32,000 nt of DNA from Erysipelothrix larvae. Lineage in GTDB: Bacteria; Bacillota_I; Bacilli_A; Erysipelotrichales; Erysipelotrichaceae. The DNA lies in NCBI RefSeq assembly GCF_001545095.1, contig NZ_CP013213.1:2370001-2402000 (forward strand), in the 5' to 3' direction. Shown in pieces: positions 1-8,860 of the stretch (position 1 is its first letter; each line of letters opens with the position of its first letter). The position numbers were made by a program, and so were the translations under genes. The notes beneath the pieces were generated by a model that searched no databases, was not told the origin of the DNA, and saw only the letters and a program-made list of their open reading frames with translations.

Positions 1-160
1 AACATAGTTTTTCTACTGCTTTTTGATCGCGAAGCGCTGTTGTTCTTTTATGGTAGTTTACATGAACTGCAATTACATCAATTCCTTGTTGATACAATGA
101 ATGTAAAAGTGCCATTGAGTCACAGCCACCAGATACGCCAACAACTACATGTTTATACAT
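1..160 (-). CDS. tilS: tRNA(Ile)-lysidine synthase, first 53 codons (gene runs off the left edge)
   Basis: Reverse translation from ATG at 158-160 gives MYKHVVVGVSGGCDSMALLHSLYQQGIDVIAVHVNYHKRTTALRDQKAVEKLC. It has the PP-loop SGGxDS motif and an HVNYHKR block typical of the TilS N-terminus. SD-like GGGGGTGA lies just upstream (165-172). Confidence 0.8.
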   Translation of the reverse strand, partial: MYKHVVVGVSGGCDSMALLHSLYQQGIDVIAVHVNYHKRTTALRDQKAVEKLC

Positions 161-187
161 ACTATCACCCCCACTATTCTAACACAA

Positions 188-847
188 TTAATGAACGAAC
201 GTTTCAGATACCTTCTTAAGAATCTCTTTAAACATCTGCGTTTCTGGTGTTATTTGTGAAGTTACCCCAATAACCCGTGCTGAGTTTATGAATTTTGTAT
301 CATTTAGGAATAATACGGATTCACGACTCATTCCTTCAGGTTGCCCTAAGTAATACAGATGTCTTTTGTTAGCGGCACCAATTTGATCGACATTTGAAGC
401 TTGATGAATGAGTTCCTTTTTTGACGACATTGGTACAACCAATAACTTATGATTCTTCTTTTGTATTACTAACCCAAAATGTTGATAGCCAGATTCATTA
501 AGATAAGCATGTCCAAAATCAATATAACAAATGTCCCCAATATTTACCTCGATATTAACATTTTCACTTGATTTAAATGCAGAACGTAATATTCGATTCA
601 TACCACTTATGCATTCTTGTTTTAATAACAAGATTGAAAGCCCCTTGAGGTATTCTTTATATTTATCTAGATATTCTTCGAGCATTCTTTCTCGGTCATC
701 TTCATCCATTACCCCACTAAGCCATGATTCTTCGATCTTATATTTCATATCTTCCTCCCTGTAATCATCTCGTAATCGGTAGTTTCTATTATTTTTGAAA
801 CTAAAATTGTATAGCTTTTCTTCGTTCATTGCATCGATAATCTGCAT
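188..847 (-). CDS. MazF/PemK-fold domain protein with ~100-aa acidic helical N-terminal extension (function unknown)
   Basis: 219-aa ORF ending 28 bp upstream of the tilS start, so probably co-transcribed. The C-terminal ~115 aa align by eye to B. subtilis EndoA/MazF: GDICYIDFG..ESGYQHFGLVIQ vs GDVYFADLS..EQGGVRPVLVIQ, LLVVPMSS vs IVAAITAQ, and SRESVLFLNDTKFINSARV vs ERDSVILLEQIRTIDKQRL. Confidence 0.6.
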   Translation of the reverse strand: MQIIDAMNEEKLYNFSFKNNRNYRLRDDYREEDMKYKIEESWLSGVMDEDDRERMLEEYLDKYKEYLKGLSILLLKQECISGMNRILRSAFKSSENVNIEVNIGDICYIDFGHAYLNESGYQHFGLVIQKKNHKLLVVPMSSKKELIHQASNVDQIGAANKRHLYYLGQPEGMSRESVLFLNDTKFINSARVIGVTSQITPETQMFKEILKKVSETFVH

Positions 848-1257
848 TCCATAAATTCCACCAAGACAACTTTATATTAATGAAAACCTCCTCTCATATA
901 TAGTTACCCCCGTTAATTAACTATACAATTAAATATTAAAATCCTATAAATTAATTTTATATTTTCGATAATTTTTCATGTTTCTTTCACAGTTCTTCAC
1001 ATAGATTTCACAAACGTAAATTTTTTCCAAAAATACGTAATTATAAGCACTATACATTGGTGTTTATTTAAGATTTATTTTTTCATTTTCTTTGTAATTC
1101 AGCTATTTTTTTATTCAATTCCACCTCTTTTTGCCCTTCATTTTTTAGGTTATTTTCTCTAAATATACCCTTGAATCACATAATTTGACGCTTCTTAGGG
1201 GTAGAATTGGTTTATTCGGTTGATAACTTGGAACCAAAGCACGGTTTCGTAAACAGC

Positions 1258-1286
1258 ATAAAAAAGAGCAGACGTTCATCTGCTCT
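1258..1286 (-). terminator. Rho-independent terminator downstream of mreB
   Basis: Minus-sense AGAGCAGA-tgaacg-TCTGCTCT (8-bp stem, 1265-1272/1279-1286) followed by a U-run (A-run 1260-1264 on plus). It lies 19 nt after the mreB stop. Confidence 0.7.
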
Positions 1287-1304
1287 TTGGGTCTCACTAT
1301 AATT

Positions 1305-2300
1305 TTAGCGTGTTACATATTCGAGGTTTTCAAGCATGATGCCTGTACCTTCCGCAACACATGTTAATGCATTTTCCGCAACATAAACTGGTGTGTTTAG
1401 TGCTTCTGAGATTAAGTGATCAAGACCTCTTAATAATGCACCCCCACCGGTTAATACGATACCACGTGTTACGATATCAGCACTAAGTTCTGGTGGTGTT
1501 TGTTCAAGAACTGTACGGCATGCTCTTACAATTGCTTGTAGGCTTTCATGCATTGATGTTTCAGTTTCTGATGCACGTAGTGAGATTGTATTTGGAAGCC
1601 CTGTAACAAGGTCACGTCCACTTACTTCAATCACTTCATCTTCTTCAGTATCTGCCATCCAAGCAGTACCAATACTTTTCTTAATTTCTTCTGCTGTACG
1701 ATCACCGATTAGCAGTTTATAAGTGTCTTTAACATATTTGATAATAACACGATCGAGTGTATCTCCTGCAATCTTAAGGGATGTACTTGTTACGATATCA
1801 CCTAATGAAAGGATTGCGACATCTGTTGTACCACCACCTATGTCAAGAACCATTGAACCTGTAGGCTTCGAGATATCGAGTTTTGCACCAACTGCTGCTA
1901 CTTTTGGTTCTTCTTCAATAAATACGCGTTTAGCACCGGTACGGTATGCTGCATCACTAATCGCTTTACGTTCTACTGATGTAATGTTTGACGGACAGCA
2001 AATTAATACTGTTGGTCTTGAGAATACCCCTTTGAGTTTTAATTTTCTCATGAAATATTGAAGCATCATTTCTGTTACTTCGAAGTCTGCAATTACCCCA
2101 TCTTTTAGTGGACGGATTGCTAGTACGCGACCTGGTGTACGTCCAAGCATATCTTTCGCTTCACGTCCTACTGCTAAACATTTTTTAGTTTGCGCATCAA
2201 TTGATACAACTGAAGGTTCGTCTAAAACAATTCCTTCACCTTTGACATAAATTAATACGTTTGCTGTTCCTAAGTCAATTCCTACTGCTTTTGAAAACAT
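1305..2300 (-). CDS. mreB: Rod-shape-determining actin homologue MreB/Mbl
   Basis: 331 aa starting MFSKAVGIDLGTANVLIYVKGEGIVLDEPSVV, with LKDGVIADFEVTE, DIGGGTTDVAILSLG and GIVLTGGGALLRGL. These are canonical MreB phosphate/adenosine motifs over the full length. Confidence 0.92.
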   Translation of the reverse strand: MFSKAVGIDLGTANVLIYVKGEGIVLDEPSVVSIDAQTKKCLAVGREAKDMLGRTPGRVLAIRPLKDGVIADFEVTEMMLQYFMRKLKLKGVFSRPTVLICCPSNITSVERKAISDAAYRTGAKRVFIEEEPKVAAVGAKLDISKPTGSMVLDIGGGTTDVAILSLGDIVTSTSLKIAGDTLDRVIIKYVKDTYKLLIGDRTAEEIKKSIGTAWMADTEEDEVIEVSGRDLVTGLPNTISLRASETETSMHESLQAIVRACRTVLEQTPPELSADIVTRGIVLTGGGALLRGLDHLISEALNTPVYVAENALTCVAEGTGIMLENLEYVTR

Positions 2301-2312
2301 ATCTTTACTCCT

Positions 2313-2528
2313 TTATCCTATATAAGTGCTTGATAAACTTAATATAAATTGCGCAACCAAATACCCCAAACCCATTGATAGTAGGATATAAAGCATCATT
2401 GCTTTTGATTCATGACCCTTTCGAATTAGCTTAGAAAAGTCAATTCCGGATAGCGCATAAGCGCATACCACAAAAGATATAATTGTTACTACGATACGAA
2501 TAATAGTATAAGTATTCATTGCGCTCAC
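2313..2528 (-). CDS. Small two-TM membrane protein, DUF1146/YwzB-like
   Basis: 71 aa with two hydrophobic helices separated by GIDFSKLIRKGHESKA. Size, topology and position (just upstream of mreB/mbl, in the slot where B. subtilis has ywzB) fit DUF1146. SD AAAGGTGAG lies upstream. Confidence 0.6.
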   Translation of the reverse strand: MSAMNTYTIIRIVVTIISFVVCAYALSGIDFSKLIRKGHESKAMMLYILLSMGLGYLVAQFILSLSSTYIG

Positions 2529-2897
2529 CTTTAATACTATAACAAACTCTCCACATAATATCTATGAATTCGCTGTTTCTACCATTTTTTCACATAGATA
2601 TAGGCATTGTTATCATACAACAAACCCCTTGGAAATACCATAAAAAAGGCGAAAATATTCACCTTTTACTTCCAATTTGTTACTATTCAGCGCGAAGTAT
2701 AAAACCACATATGAAGCAATGTAGGAGAATTATAGAAAAAAAGTTCTCCACAACATGTTAATTTTGAAAAACCCTTTAGAGTATTGTTATCAAACGTAAT
2801 TTTACAGTTGGTATAATCGGCGCTTTTTTCTGGTCATATTCTGCTATGAAGATGTATTCAATTTATGTTTCAAATTTGTGGTTGATATCACCAGTCT

Positions 2898-3245
2898 TTG
2901 ATTTTTATCTGGCAAAATTTATCCGCATTTTTCAGGTTTACAATCGCTTTTGATTCAGTGTTTAAGGTCAAATGCGAACCAAAGCTGAAAGATATATTTG
3001 AGCCATTTCAAGCATCACCCATTCTGTACGTTGATGAAACTGGTTGGAAAGTAAACAGAGGACGCGTGTGGTTCCATACAATCTGTAGCAACAACCATCC
3101 GTACTTTTTAGTGACTCAAAGGCGCGCCGATAAAGAGATTAGTCCTATTGTTCTCTTATGTAAGTATCGGGGTTCATTGTTACTTGATGACTTCAAGTCA
3201 TTTTTTAGCTTAACTCAAGATTTTTTAAATAAGTATTTGAGTTAG
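2898..3245 (+). pseudogene. IS66-family DDE transposase fragment (truncated, no intact IS)
   Basis: The ORF contains ILYVDETGWKVNRGRVWFHT...YFLVTQRRADKEI...YRGSLLLDDFKSFFSL. This matches the IS66 catalytic-core pattern DET(g/p)w.v.g...W.w....yf.....Rg.e....l..f.G.l.sD.y.aY. Only ~100 residues of a ~500-aa enzyme remain and no terminal inverted repeats were recognised. Confidence 0.5.
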
Positions 3246-3370
3246 CTCAATTAATGTATCAGATCCTATGATGCATATGAATTATTATCATTTTCATAAG
3301 TATTCAACGCTACATGATGAATGGTTTTTACTGCACTTAATCATAATAGGAACATATTATTCAAATACAA

Positions 3371-3402
3371 TTGTTTTTTTTTTTTTTTGGTTTTGATAAA
3401 AT
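3371..3402 (+). promoter_or_regulatory. Candidate promoter of the lipoprotein gene with T15 in the spacer
   Basis: TTGTTT (3371-3376), then a 20-nt spacer consisting mostly of the T15 run, then an extended -10 TGaTAAAAT (3394-3402). SD GAGGAGG is at 3411-3417 and the ATG at 3427. Confidence 0.35.
3374..3388. repeat. Homopolymeric T15 tract
   Basis: 15 consecutive T counted directly (3374-3388), inside the putative promoter of the lipoprotein gene. Confidence 0.95.
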
Positions 3403-3426
3403 CGTTTTATGAGGAGGATATTTCCC

Positions 3427-3939
3427 ATGAAATATATTTCATTACTTATAGCAGTACTATTATTAGTTGGTTGTTCGAGAACTGGCAACACTTCTCTTGA
3501 CGATTTGCAAGATCAGGTTAACAATCAGAATCAAACCATCACATTACTGAATGAAGAAATCGACAATTTAGTATTAAGACTAGAAGAGGAAAAAGTAAAC
3601 ATCAATTACACTGAAAAAGAAACCTTTATATTGATACCCAATTATCTAATTTCTATATCGATTCCAATTGTTCTTCCAGAATTCATAGAAGTCTCGTTAA
3701 GTGAGAAAGGTATAAACTTCTCATTCATAAATGAAGACTCTAAAGAATCAGAGAATCTTTTAACAGTATCGCTTATTAACAATGCTAATTACAACGAGAA
3801 CTCGTTTACAATTGTTTATAATTATTCAGATGAATGGTTCCTAGCAATTGTCAGAGAAATTGACACAAATTTATCTGATATTGGCAGAGAAAAATGTTCA
3901 GAATTTCTAGATTCAGTTGAAAAATGGGAATGGAATTAA
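3427..3939 (+). CDS. Lipoprotein of unknown function
   Basis: MKYISLLIAVLLLVGCSRTG is a signal peptide with lipobox LVGC. The ATG at 3427 has SD GAGGAGG 9 nt upstream, while the ORF-track start at 3409 overlaps that SD. The mature part is N/E-rich with no recognisable domain. Confidence 0.75.
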   Translation: MKYISLLIAVLLLVGCSRTGNTSLDDLQDQVNNQNQTITLLNEEIDNLVLRLEEEKVNINYTEKETFILIPNYLISISIPIVLPEFIEVSLSEKGINFSFINEDSKESENLLTVSLINNANYNENSFTIVYNYSDEWFLAIVREIDTNLSDIGREKCSEFLDSVEKWEWN

Positions 3940-4347
3940 GACCATGCGCCAAATTTAAGCCCGCTGTGTTGAAGTGAAATTTGTACTTCCCTATTTCCTA
4001 CGTGCAGCTTAAAGTTGCTCTTTTTTCCTAGCAATTCTTAAATTCGTTGACAGACTATTCTTCTTGCTAACTCAAGAAGATGCAAAGCAGGGTACATGTA
4101 TTCTTGAATTTGCAAATACATACCAACCTCTAAAGCATTCATTTTTTCTGTCTCATAAGTAATATACATCCTGAGGGGATTCCAGTCATCAAATCCATAA
4201 TGCAACACTATATCTAAGTGGTATTGTAGAACTCGATATACTAGGGACTAACAACTTCAAGGAAGGTGTACATGGGAAATTCATCAAAGAGAATTTAACC
4301 AACTTATACAACTCTGATAATCCACCCATTTCAAAAAGGGAAAAGCA

Positions 4348-4384
4348 AAGAAGACCTCAGCCAATCACTGACTAAGGTCTTCTT
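4348..4384. terminator. Bidirectional hairpin terminator downstream of upp
   Basis: AAGAAGACCT (4348-4357) pairs with AGGTCTTCTT (4375-4384): a 10-bp perfect stem with a 17-nt loop. A T-rich tail follows on both strands (TTTTC on plus, TGCTTTTCCCTTTTT on minus). Confidence 0.6.
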
Positions 4385-4410
4385 TTTCATTAATAAATTA
4401 ACGCCAGTTT

Positions 4411-5031
4411 TTACTTTGTTCCGAAAATTCGGTCTCCAGCATCTCCCAATCCAGGAACAATATATCCTTTATCATTGAGATGACTATCGAGTGCTGCGAG
4501 GAAAATATCAACATCTGGATGTTTTTCTTTGATTACTTCTACACCCTCTGGTGCTCCAACAAGACACACAAGTTTAATACTTTTTGCGCCACGTTTTTTT
4601 ACCATTTCAATGGCAGCATCTGCGGAACCACCTGTTGCAAGCATTGGGTCTAAAACCATGACTTCCGCTTCCCCTAAGTTTTCAGGGAACTTTGCAAAAT
4701 ACTCATGAGGCATCAATGTTTCTTCATCACGGTAAACGCCAATATGTCCAACTTTTGCAGTTGGGATTAAATCTAAGATACCATTGACCATACCCAGTCC
4801 TGCGCGCAAGATTGGAACTAAAACGATATCACGATTTAACTCATACGTTTCACATGTTTCCACAGGGGTTTCAATTGTAACAGGTTCCAATTTAAGATCA
4901 CGTGTAATCTCATAAGCCATGAGTCCTGCGATTTCATCAAGATTTTCTCTAAAGTCTTTTGTACGTGTTGTTGTACGTCTCATTTGCGTAATTTTGTGTG
5001 TGATTAATGGGTGATTTAAAACTGTAATCAT
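4411..5031 (-). CDS. upp: Uracil phosphoribosyltransferase
   Basis: 206 aa starting [29 protein letters not shown], with the PRPP loop [13 protein letters not shown] and C-terminal [17 protein letters not shown]. Full-length Upp match. Confidence 0.95.
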   Translation of the reverse strand: MITVLNHPLITHKITQMRRTTTRTKDFRENLDEIAGLMAYEITRDLKLEPVTIETPVETCETYELNRDIVLVPILRAGLGMVNGILDLIPTAKVGHIGVYRDEETLMPHEYFAKFPENLGEAEVMVLDPMLATGGSADAAIEMVKKRGAKSIKLVCLVGAPEGVEVIKEKHPDVDIFLAALDSHLNDKGYIVPGLGDAGDRIFGTK

Positions 5032-5047
5032 AGTTATCTCCTTTACG

Positions 5048-6271
5048 TTATCGTCTCACCGGATAGTTCGGTGTAAATTGTTCAACTTCTTGTCGAATAC
5101 GTGCCAATACTGCTTCGTCCTCACGGTGTGTGAGTGCTTCATGAATCCATAAAGCGACCTTCTTGAATTCGTCTTCCTTGAATCCACGACTTGTCATTGC
5201 TGCTGTACCAAAACGTAATCCACTGGTAACAAATGGGCGTTCAGTATCAAACGGAATGGCATTTTTATTTGCAGTAATTCCCACTTTATCGAGTATTATT
5301 TCTGCATGTTTCCCTGTAACACCAATGCTTGATTTTACGTCCACCAATAATAGATGATTATCGGATCCGCCACTGATAATATTATACCCTAAATCTTCCA
5401 TCGTTTCCGATAAAACTTTTATGTTTGAGACAACTTGTTTCATATAATCTTTAAATTCTGGTTCCATTGCTTCTTTAAAGCAAACTGCCTTACCTGCAAT
5501 CACATGCATCAAGGGTCCACCTTGCATTCCTGGGAATACACTGCGATCTAATGCTGAAGCAAATTCTTCTTTACAAAGAATCAATCCACCACGAGGACCA
5601 CGCAAAGTTTTATGGGTTGTACTCGTTACAAAATCAGCATATGGAACCGGTGATTGATGAAGTCCTGCAGCAATCAGTCCTGCAATGTGTGCCATATCTA
5701 CCATCAAATATGCACCAACTTCATCTGCGATTTCCCTAAACTTCTTAAAATCGATTTCTCGTGCATAGGCACTTGCGCCAGCAACAATTAATTTTGGACG
5801 GATTTCCTTTGCCATTTCTAATACACGATCATAGTCAATGCGTTGGGTCAGTTGATCCACACCATATCCAAAGAACGTATAATTAATGCCTGAAAAGTTT
5901 AATTGATGACCGTGTGTTAAGTGTCCGCCTGCATTTAAATCCATGCCAAGAACGACATCTCCATGTTCTAAAACGGTCATATACACTGCCATATTTGCTT
6001 GTGAACCACTGTGTGGTTGCACATTTGCATGTTCTGCTCCAAATAATTTTTTTGCACGTTCGATTGCTAAAGTCTCCACGACATCCACACATTCGCATCC
6101 GCCATAATAGCGTTTACCGGGATATCCTTCAGCATACTTGTTTGTCAATACACTGCCAACAGCCTCATAAATGTCCTGTGACACGTAATTCTCAGAAGCT
6201 ATCAGCTCAATATGTGTCATTTGACGATTGGCTTCTTGCTCTATTGCGCGTTGAATCTCAGTATCCTTCAT
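5048..6271 (-). CDS. glyA: Serine hydroxymethyltransferase
   Basis: 407 aa with [25 protein letters not shown] and the PLP-lysine motif [15 protein letters not shown]. Confidence 0.97.
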   Translation of the reverse strand: MKDTEIQRAIEQEANRQMTHIELIASENYVSQDIYEAVGSVLTNKYAEGYPGKRYYGGCECVDVVETLAIERAKKLFGAEHANVQPHSGSQANMAVYMTVLEHGDVVLGMDLNAGGHLTHGHQLNFSGINYTFFGYGVDQLTQRIDYDRVLEMAKEIRPKLIVAGASAYAREIDFKKFREIADEVGAYLMVDMAHIAGLIAAGLHQSPVPYADFVTSTTHKTLRGPRGGLILCKEEFASALDRSVFPGMQGGPLMHVIAGKAVCFKEAMEPEFKDYMKQVVSNIKVLSETMEDLGYNIISGGSDNHLLLVDVKSSIGVTGKHAEIILDKVGITANKNAIPFDTERPFVTSGLRFGTAAMTSRGFKEDEFKKVALWIHEALTHREDEAVLARIRQEVEQFTPNYPVRR

Positions 6272-6309
6272 CCTATTTCTCCTTTTTTACCTTATATATT
6301 AGCACTAAA

Positions 6310-6942
6310 TTAGTGCGATTCCAAATAGTCTTTTACCGTTTTCTCCAAACGGTCACGTGAAATCGGACCCGCCCTGAGTTCTTTAATCTCTGGAAGATTC
6401 GTTAAGTCAAAGACACTTGATGATTTTCCACCATGTACTCTTCCTTCAACAACCCCCTCGATTAATCCGTCAAGTTGATCTAAAACCATTTCAGAATTTG
6501 TCCCTGTTGGTTCACCCGATTTATTTGCAGAAGGCAACCAAATGGGTCCGCCCACAGCATCAATCACAGTTTTAACCCACGAATCATCTGCCATACGAAT
6601 TCCTAAGGTTGTTTGTTCTCCTAAGAACTCAAATACATCGGGTTTCTTATTGAAAATAAAGGTTACTGCACCAGGCATCCATGCTTTCACCAAATGTTCG
6701 GTTAACGCATCTAAAACGACAAGGTTCTTGATTTGTTCAAAGCTTGATACCATTAGGGGGAAGGGTTTTGTATCGGGTCTTCCCTTAACCTGTATTAAAT
6801 GTTCATACACTGCTTTATCAAAAGAATGGATTGCTAATCCATACACTGTATCAGTTGGGATTGCTACAACCCCACCTTTTTTAATAATATGTCCAATTTC
6901 TTTGACTTCATTTCGTGTTAATCGTTTTGTTTCCATACTCAC
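6310..6942 (-). CDS. tsaC: L-threonylcarbamoyladenylate synthase, YrdC-domain-only type
   Basis: 210 aa with GGVVAIPTDTVYGLA, RPDTKPFPLMV and LPSANKSGEP (YrdC/Sua5 fold). It is syntenic with B. subtilis ywlC and overlaps the prmC stop by 4 nt. Confidence 0.85.
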   Translation of the reverse strand: MSMETKRLTRNEVKEIGHIIKKGGVVAIPTDTVYGLAIHSFDKAVYEHLIQVKGRPDTKPFPLMVSSFEQIKNLVVLDALTEHLVKAWMPGAVTFIFNKKPDVFEFLGEQTTLGIRMADDSWVKTVIDAVGGPIWLPSANKSGEPTGTNSEMVLDQLDGLIEGVVEGRVHGGKSSSVFDLTNLPEIKELRAGPISRDRLEKTVKDYLESH

Positions 6943-7781
6943 ACTCCTAAAAATACAAATACCATCCGATCCAATCCATTTAAATCTTGCTTCAGTTCAA
7001 CTTGAGCATTTGGGAATGATTCCTTCGCGAGGTTGCAGACTGCTTCACCAATATCAAAGCCAATCTCAAATGCCATCATCCCATTGGGTTTGATCATCTT
7101 ATGTGCATTTTCAAACACTTTACGATAGAAGTATAAACCATCTTCGCCGCCAAATAAAGCAACATGCGGTTCATGTGTTAATACAGAATGCTGAATGTGT
7201 TCTGTATTCTTGATGTAAGGCGGATTGCATACTAAGACATCCACCTCCAACCCCTGTTCAATTGCAGGCTCTAACATATCGCCTTCATAGAAGGTAACCC
7301 GAGCATTATTGATGTGTGCATTTTCCTGTGCAACTTCTAATGCTTCTTTACTTATATCCGTTGCATAGACTGTGGATAACACTTCGCTTGCAAGTGCAAT
7401 TGCAATTGCACCACTCCCAGTCGCAACATCAATAATGACTGGATTGTAATAACGTTCATCAATCGCCATAAGGATTTCGCCCACAAGCTCTTCCGTTTCT
7501 TCACGTGGTATTAAGACGTTTTCATTCACCATGATCTTGTAGTTATAGAACCAAGAATATCCTAACACATATCCCATCGGTTCATCGTTTAAGATCCGTG
7601 CCATCTTTGCTTCATAATCTTTGGCGATGTCTGGGTCACATACTTCATCCAATACGTCATACAGTTCCATGTCTTTTTCTCTTAATAGTTCAACCATAAG
7701 AAAACGTGCAAAACCGCTGTATACACCAGCGGAATCGCACGCTTTAATTGATTTATTAATGATTTGTTTATACGTCATCAT
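6939..7781 (-). CDS. prmC: Release-factor glutamine N5-methyltransferase
   Basis: 280 aa with the SAM motif IIDVATGSGAIAI and catalytic VCNPPYI (NPPY). It has a 4-nt overlap with prfA upstream. Confidence 0.9.
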   Translation of the reverse strand: MMTYKQIINKSIKACDSAGVYSGFARFLMVELLREKDMELYDVLDEVCDPDIAKDYEAKMARILNDEPMGYVLGYSWFYNYKIMVNENVLIPREETEELVGEILMAIDERYYNPVIIDVATGSGAIAIALASEVLSTVYATDISKEALEVAQENAHINNARVTFYEGDMLEPAIEQGLEVDVLVCNPPYIKNTEHIQHSVLTHEPHVALFGGEDGLYFYRKVFENAHKMIKPNGMMAFEIGFDIGEAVCNLAKESFPNAQVELKQDLNGLDRMVFVFLGV

Positions 7782-8860
7782 AATCCTTGCTCCAAAATTT
7801 CACGTTGTTCTTGTTCTAATAATGCATCAACAATTTCACCCATTCGACCTTCCATAATCATATCCAGTTTTTGAAGTGTTAACCCAATACGGTGGTCACT
7901 CACTCTATTTTGCGGATAATTATAGGTACGAATCTTCTCTGAACGATCGCCTCGTCCTACTTTAGACGCACGCTCTTGGCTTTTCGCTGCATCGCGTTCA
8001 CGTTGATGTTCTTCAAAGACACGTGCACGAATGATTCGCATCGCCTTATCTCGGTTATCATGTTGAGAACGGCCATCTTGACAGTTCACACTGATTCCTG
8101 TTGGTTTATGGGTAATTCTTACTGCTGAATCAGTTTTATTAACGTGTTGTCCACCCGCACCACTGGCACGGTGTGTTTCAATTACTAAATCATTTGGATC
8201 AATATCAATTTCATCATCATCAACATCTGCCATGACTAAAACAGTCGCTGTTGAAGTATGGATGCGTCCTTGTGTTTCTGTCTTTGGCACGCGTTGTACA
8301 CGATGTGCACCCGATTCAAACTTAAAGTGACGGTAAGCATCATTCCCTTTCACGACAAAAGAAATCATCGTGAATCCGCCTGCTTCAGATTCTGTTGCTT
8401 CAAGCACTTCAATCTTTAGACCAATACTTTCTGCATAGCGTGAATACATGCGGTATAAATCACCGGCAAAGATGTTTCCTTCATCACCACCGGCAGCCCC
8501 TCGTATTTCCACAATTGCATCGTGGTCATCTGCTGGATCTCTTGGGATTAAAAGTACACGTAATTTTTCAATACTTGTTTCAATTTGTTCTTGATACTGG
8601 GCCATTTCTTCTTGCGCAAGTTCTACAAGTTCTGGTTCATCACCAATCTCTAACATTTCCTTCGCTTGCACATAAAAATCATGGCTTTCTAAATATGTAT
8701 CGTAAAGTGACACAGTCTCACGCATCCCTGCTTGCTCACGTCCCAACTTCATCAGTTGTTTTGGATCGCTTGCAACTTCAGGTTTCATGAGTTCTTCATT
8801 AATTTCCTCATATCGCCCTTTGATACCATCCAAGCGATCCTTCATCGTTTTATCCATCAT
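7778..8860 (-). CDS. prfA: Peptide chain release factor 1
   Basis: 360 aa with [17 protein letters not shown] (RF1-type PxT tripeptide) and [19 protein letters not shown] (GGQ). Confidence 0.97.
   Translation of the reverse strand: MMDKTMKDRLDGIKGRYEEINEELMKPEVASDPKQLMKLGREQAGMRETVSLYDTYLESHDFYVQAKEMLEIGDEPELVELAQEEMAQYQEQIETSIEKLRVLLIPRDPADDHDAIVEIRGAAGGDEGNIFAGDLYRMYSRYAESIGLKIEVLEATESEAGGFTMISFVVKGNDAYRHFKFESGAHRVQRVPKTETQGRIHTSTATVLVMADVDDDEIDIDPNDLVIETHRASGAGGQHVNKTDSAVRITHKPTGISVNCQDGRSQHDNRDKAMRIIRARVFEEHQRERDAAKSQERASKVGRGDRSEKIRTYNYPQNRVSDHRIGLTLQKLDMIMEGRMGEIVDALLEQEQREILEQGL

Noticed and set aside
877-897. Very strong SD-like GAGAGGAGG (minus sense, 887-895) ~40 nt upstream of the MazF-like gene, as the start of a hidden antitoxin or leader ORF
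   Set aside because: No ATG/GTG/TTG lies at a workable spacing. Only an ATT follows (26-codon frame, out of frame with the 219-aa ORF), plus a 6-codon ATG ORF overlapping the motif itself. Support is too weak to call a gene.
2564-2761. 65-aa plus-strand ORF upstream of the DUF1146 gene
   Set aside because: It has no SD and an AT-rich chance composition, and it lies in the probable promoter region of the DUF1146-mreB transcript.
2809-2817. Extended -10 TGgTATAAT on the plus strand upstream of the transposase fragment
   Set aside because: It has no matching -35 and no intact downstream gene. It is possibly a relic promoter of the decayed IS and has no functional support.
3409-3426. Upstream ATG (MRRIFP-) as the lipoprotein start
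   Set aside because: This ATG overlaps the GAGGAGG SD that serves the ATG at 3427, and the signal peptide begins properly at MKYISLL.
6542-7093. 183-aa plus-strand ORF (and similar ones at 5914-6360, 8395-8790, 8787-9056)
   Set aside because: They are antisense shadows of strongly conserved genes (tsaC/prmC, glyA, prfA, tdk). Their composition is low-complexity Ser/Leu/His-rich, with no SD and no motifs.
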